A stretch of DNA of 64,000 nucleotides from Chrysomallon squamiferum (taxonomy: Eukaryota; Animalia; Mollusca). The notes under the pieces are model-generated. The model did no database searches and was not told the origin of the DNA. It was given only the letters and a program-made list of their open reading frames with translations. The position numbers and the translations under genes were made by a program. The DNA lies in NCBI GenBank assembly GCA_012295275.1, contig CM022674.1:14012001-14076000 (forward strand), given 5' to 3'. The stretch's first letter is position 1; every line of letters begins with the position of its first letter. Shown here piece by piece: positions 59,783-64,000 of this stretch.

Positions 59783-60030
59783 CAGACAGACAGACAGACA
59801 GAGAGACAGAGAGAGAGATATTCTTCATATTTGTCGATTCATTTGTCTTTTCTTTCTTTCTTTCTATTTTTTGTTTTTGTTTGTTTGTTTATTTATTTTT
59901 ATTTTCTATGCGATCTTAATTAACAACGAAGTAACAGAAGAAAATCTCTCTGGTCCCTGCTTTTTTTTTTAAAAAGAAAATTTTTTTACTGTCTTCTTTT
60001 TTTTTCTTCTGTTTTTTTTTCCTATAGTCG

Positions 60031-60160
60031 TGACGTCATCTGATTCAGATCACAGATTTGCTCTAAAGGTTCTTCTGAAGCCAGTAAAAGTCACAGCTGT
60101 CAATCTGCTTCGTACTCTATGACGTCACGATTCCAGTTCTAAAGGCATAAAATGGCGGCG
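60031..60160 (+). promoter_or_regulatory. Candidate promoter: two CRE palindromes (TGACGTCA at 60031 and 60120) followed by YY1/Kozak-like AAAATGGCGGCG (60149)
   Basis: exact motif matches clustered in 130 bp of CpG-enriched non-repetitive DNA. Confidence 0.45.
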
Positions 60161-60355
60161 TTGAAACGTTTTATAGTAGTGTTATTTCTCCTGTCCCGGA
60201 ACCCATCCCTGGCGATCCCAGAGATCGGATCCGTGATAGGCGTGCCCGAACCTTGAATTGGACGTGGGCACGTAAAAAGAGTTCTCCATCCATCCAGTGT
60301 TATTTTCAAGATCGCCCCACAAACAAAGAAAAAAATTACAAACACTATTTATATA

Positions 60356-61111
<756 letters not shown>

Positions 61112-61601
61112 AGTGATTTACTCTTAAAACTGTGATTTTCGATATCAGTTTCAATTTTGACTTTGTGTAAAATAAAGCATAGACAGTAGTTTGAAGTAAA
61201 GGACAGTGTGTGTATCTTTAATCATGTACATTTTTAGAAAGTGTTAATATATGTTGTTGTTTTTTTTCTTTTGTTTTGTTGCTTAGTTATTTGTTATTTT
61301 ATTTTATTATTATTTTTTTTATTATTATTATTTAAGATGTCAAATTTGAGTTCATTTATTATTTTTTTCGTCCCACCCTACATAATAAACAGATTAAAAC
61401 ATAAAACAGATTAAAACAGAGGCCGAGTAACTGTAAGAAAATATTTGAATTGTTTTACTAAGATACTTCATCAGTCTGCTGTTCAAGATTAATGAGATTT
61501 TAAAACTTTATTTTATTAACCTACCGCTCTTAAAATATACAAATAATAACGATAGATAGATAGACAGACAGACAGATAGATACATAGATAGACAGAAAGA
61601 C

Positions 61602-61676
<75 letters not shown>

Positions 61677-62217
61677 GGATATATATGCATATGCATTGTC
61701 TTACTAAGACTTAACGTAATAACGAAAATAACAAAAATAACAATAATAATAATAGTAATAATGATGATGAAAAAAACAACTGAAAAGAAAAAGAAAAAAG
61801 AAAAGTAAATTTAAGAAGTAAACACGAACAACAGCATAAACGCCAGTGTCACTGCGCATGAGCATTATCGACATTTCAGCGACAGCTCGTGACTCGCTAA
61901 CAAAGCCAGAGACTATTCTGTTATTGTTGGTTTTGATCCGTATCTAAATCCGATTTGTTATTATCATTCTCAAATCTTGTTTTATGTGGCTACTTTATTT
62001 ATACCTCAATTCATTTACTTAGTTATTAACGTGTGTGTTTACGTTGCCAGTGGCACCATCTAGAGGGTGTTTGTATCACGAAGGGAAGTGACTCGGTAAT
62101 GATCTAGGGGGAGGAAGATGGGATAATGACTTTAATGGTGTTTGTAGTTACGTTTATATTTCAACCGAAATAATCAAAACGCGATCGAAACATTTATTAC
62201 AGATAATGTAGGTGTAA

Positions 62218-62306
<89 letters not shown>

Positions 62307-62366
62307 GCTATATTTATTTATTTATTTATTATTAATAATTTGCTTATTTATTTATTTTTCTTTCAG

Positions 62367-62556
62367 TACACAAGGTGTTTGTAACTGTTATCTGTGTTGG
62401 CGGTTTGGTTATGATTTTTAAAGTATTTACGCTGTCGACAAATAAAGGGAAGTACAGACATTTAATCTACAGCATGACTCAAACAGACGAAGCAAGCAAT
62501 GCAACGCAAACGGTTTCATCATTTAGTACCAAGACCACACGTGCATTGATCATGAG
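62367..62556 (+). CDS. Candidate exon of an unidentified + strand gene (type II membrane-like: HKVFVTVICVGGLVMIFKVFTLST...NATQ...ALIM)
   Basis: tttttctttcag acceptor, AG|gtagtt donor, open frame with hydrophobic stretch then S/T-rich stem; no recognisable homology. Confidence 0.3.
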
Positions 62557-62827
62557 GTAGTTATTGTTAATATTTTATGTTTAAATATTATTATTTAAAT
62601 TTAAGTTCAAACACGATTTTATGCTGTTAGTATAGTGGACCCATTCTTTAACTTGAAAATAGAAATTCTATAATAATCAAAAAAAGTTAAGGCGCATTTC
62701 ACGCTTAGACATTTTTATTGAAATGCTGGTATAGTCACGTGATTATTAATGATGTAGTCAGAGAAGTCTGACTACTTCTCACATGAAAGTCGACGGATCG
62801 ATTCTCATAAAAGCGTCCTCAGTGCCA

Positions 62828-64000
62828 GTTTTACATCTTACACAGACCTCAAACGTTGTTTTACATCTTACACAGACCTCAAACGTTGTTTTACATCTTA
62901 CACAGACCTCAAAGGTTGTTTTACATCTTACACAGAGCTCAAAGGTTGTTTTACATCTTACACAGAGCTCAAACGTTGTTTTACATCTTACACAGACCTC
63001 AAAGGTTGTTTTACATCTTACACAGAGCTCAAACGTTGTTTTACATCTTACACAGACCTCAAAGGTTGTTTTACATCTTACACAGAGCTCAAAGGTTGTT
63101 TTACATCTTACACAGACCTCAAAGGTTGTTTTACATCTTACACAGACCTCAAAGGTTGTTTTACATCTTACACAGAGCTCAAAGGTTGTTTTACATCTTA
63201 CACAGAGCTCAAAGGTTGTTTTACATCTTACACAGAGCTCAAACGTTGTTTTACATCTTACACAGAGCTCAAACGTTGTTTTACATCTTACACAGACCTC
63301 AAAGGTTGTTTTACATCTTACACAGACATCAAAGGTTGTTTTACATCTTACACAGAGCTCAAAGGTTGTTTTACATCTTACACAGAGCTCAAACGTTGTT
63401 TTACATCTTACACAGACCTCAAAGGTTGTTTTACATCTTACACAGAGCTCAAAGGTTGTTTTACATCTTACACAGACCTCAAAGGTTGTTTTACATCTTA
63501 CACAGAGCTCAAAGGTTGTTTTACATCTTACACAGAGCTCAAAGGTTGTTTTACATCTTACACAGAGCTCAAAGGTTGTTTTACATCTTACACAGACCTC
63601 AAAGGTTGTTTTACATCTTACACAGAGCTCAAACGTTGTTTTACATCTTACACAGACCTCAAAGGTTGTTTTACATCTTACACAGAGCTCAAAGGTTGTT
63701 TTACATCTTACACAGAGCTCAAAGGTTGTTTTACATCTTACACAGAGCTCAAAGGTTGTTTTACATCTTACACAGACCTCAAAGGTTGTTTTACATCTTA
63801 CACAGAGCTCAAACGTTGTTTTACATCTTACACAGAGCTCAAACGTTGTTTTACATCTTACACAGACCTCAAAGGTTGTTTTACATCTTACACAGAGCTC
63901 AAAGGTTGTTTTACATCTTACACAGAGCTCAAAGGTTGTTTTACATCTTACACAGAGCTCAAAGGTTGTTTTACATCTTACACAGACCTCAAAGGTTGTT
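62828..64000. repeat. 30-bp minisatellite, >=39 copies, runs off window end
   Basis: gttttacatcttacacaga(c/g)ctcaaa(g/c)gtt. Confidence 0.95.

Noticed and set aside
60139-60345. 68-aa minus-strand ORF
   Set aside because: Non-ATG start, no convincing splice signals or homology; promoter motifs point the other way.

Overview
AT-rich, microsatellite- and minisatellite-laden animal (metazoan, probably invertebrate/lophotrochozoan - inference) genomic DNA; no prokaryotic features. The window contains one complete intron-rich gene on the minus strand: an M13 (neprilysin-family) zinc metallopeptidase of the endothelin-converting enzyme type. I reconstructed it by hand as 20 coding exons (52968 -> 8378, about 764 aa) with GT-AG introns and consistent phases. 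It has a cytosolic tail, a type II TM anchor, NAYY, HELTH, ENIAD and a C-terminal CEVW. One exon (19109-19227) carries a 1-nt frameshift. The most striking feature is a ~7.1-kb tandem array (29927-37052) whose 40/44-bp unit is the exon-3 splice acceptor itself (branch point + pyrimidine tract + CAGCAG + first ~16 exon nt), giving roughly 165 decoy 3' splice sites upstream of the real one. Several other intronic arrays also start right at splice sites. Almost all ORFs in the supplied track are repeat-derived noise. A candidate promoter/short ORF (~60.0-60.3 kb) and a candidate + strand exon (~62.4 kb) suggest a divergent neighbouring gene.
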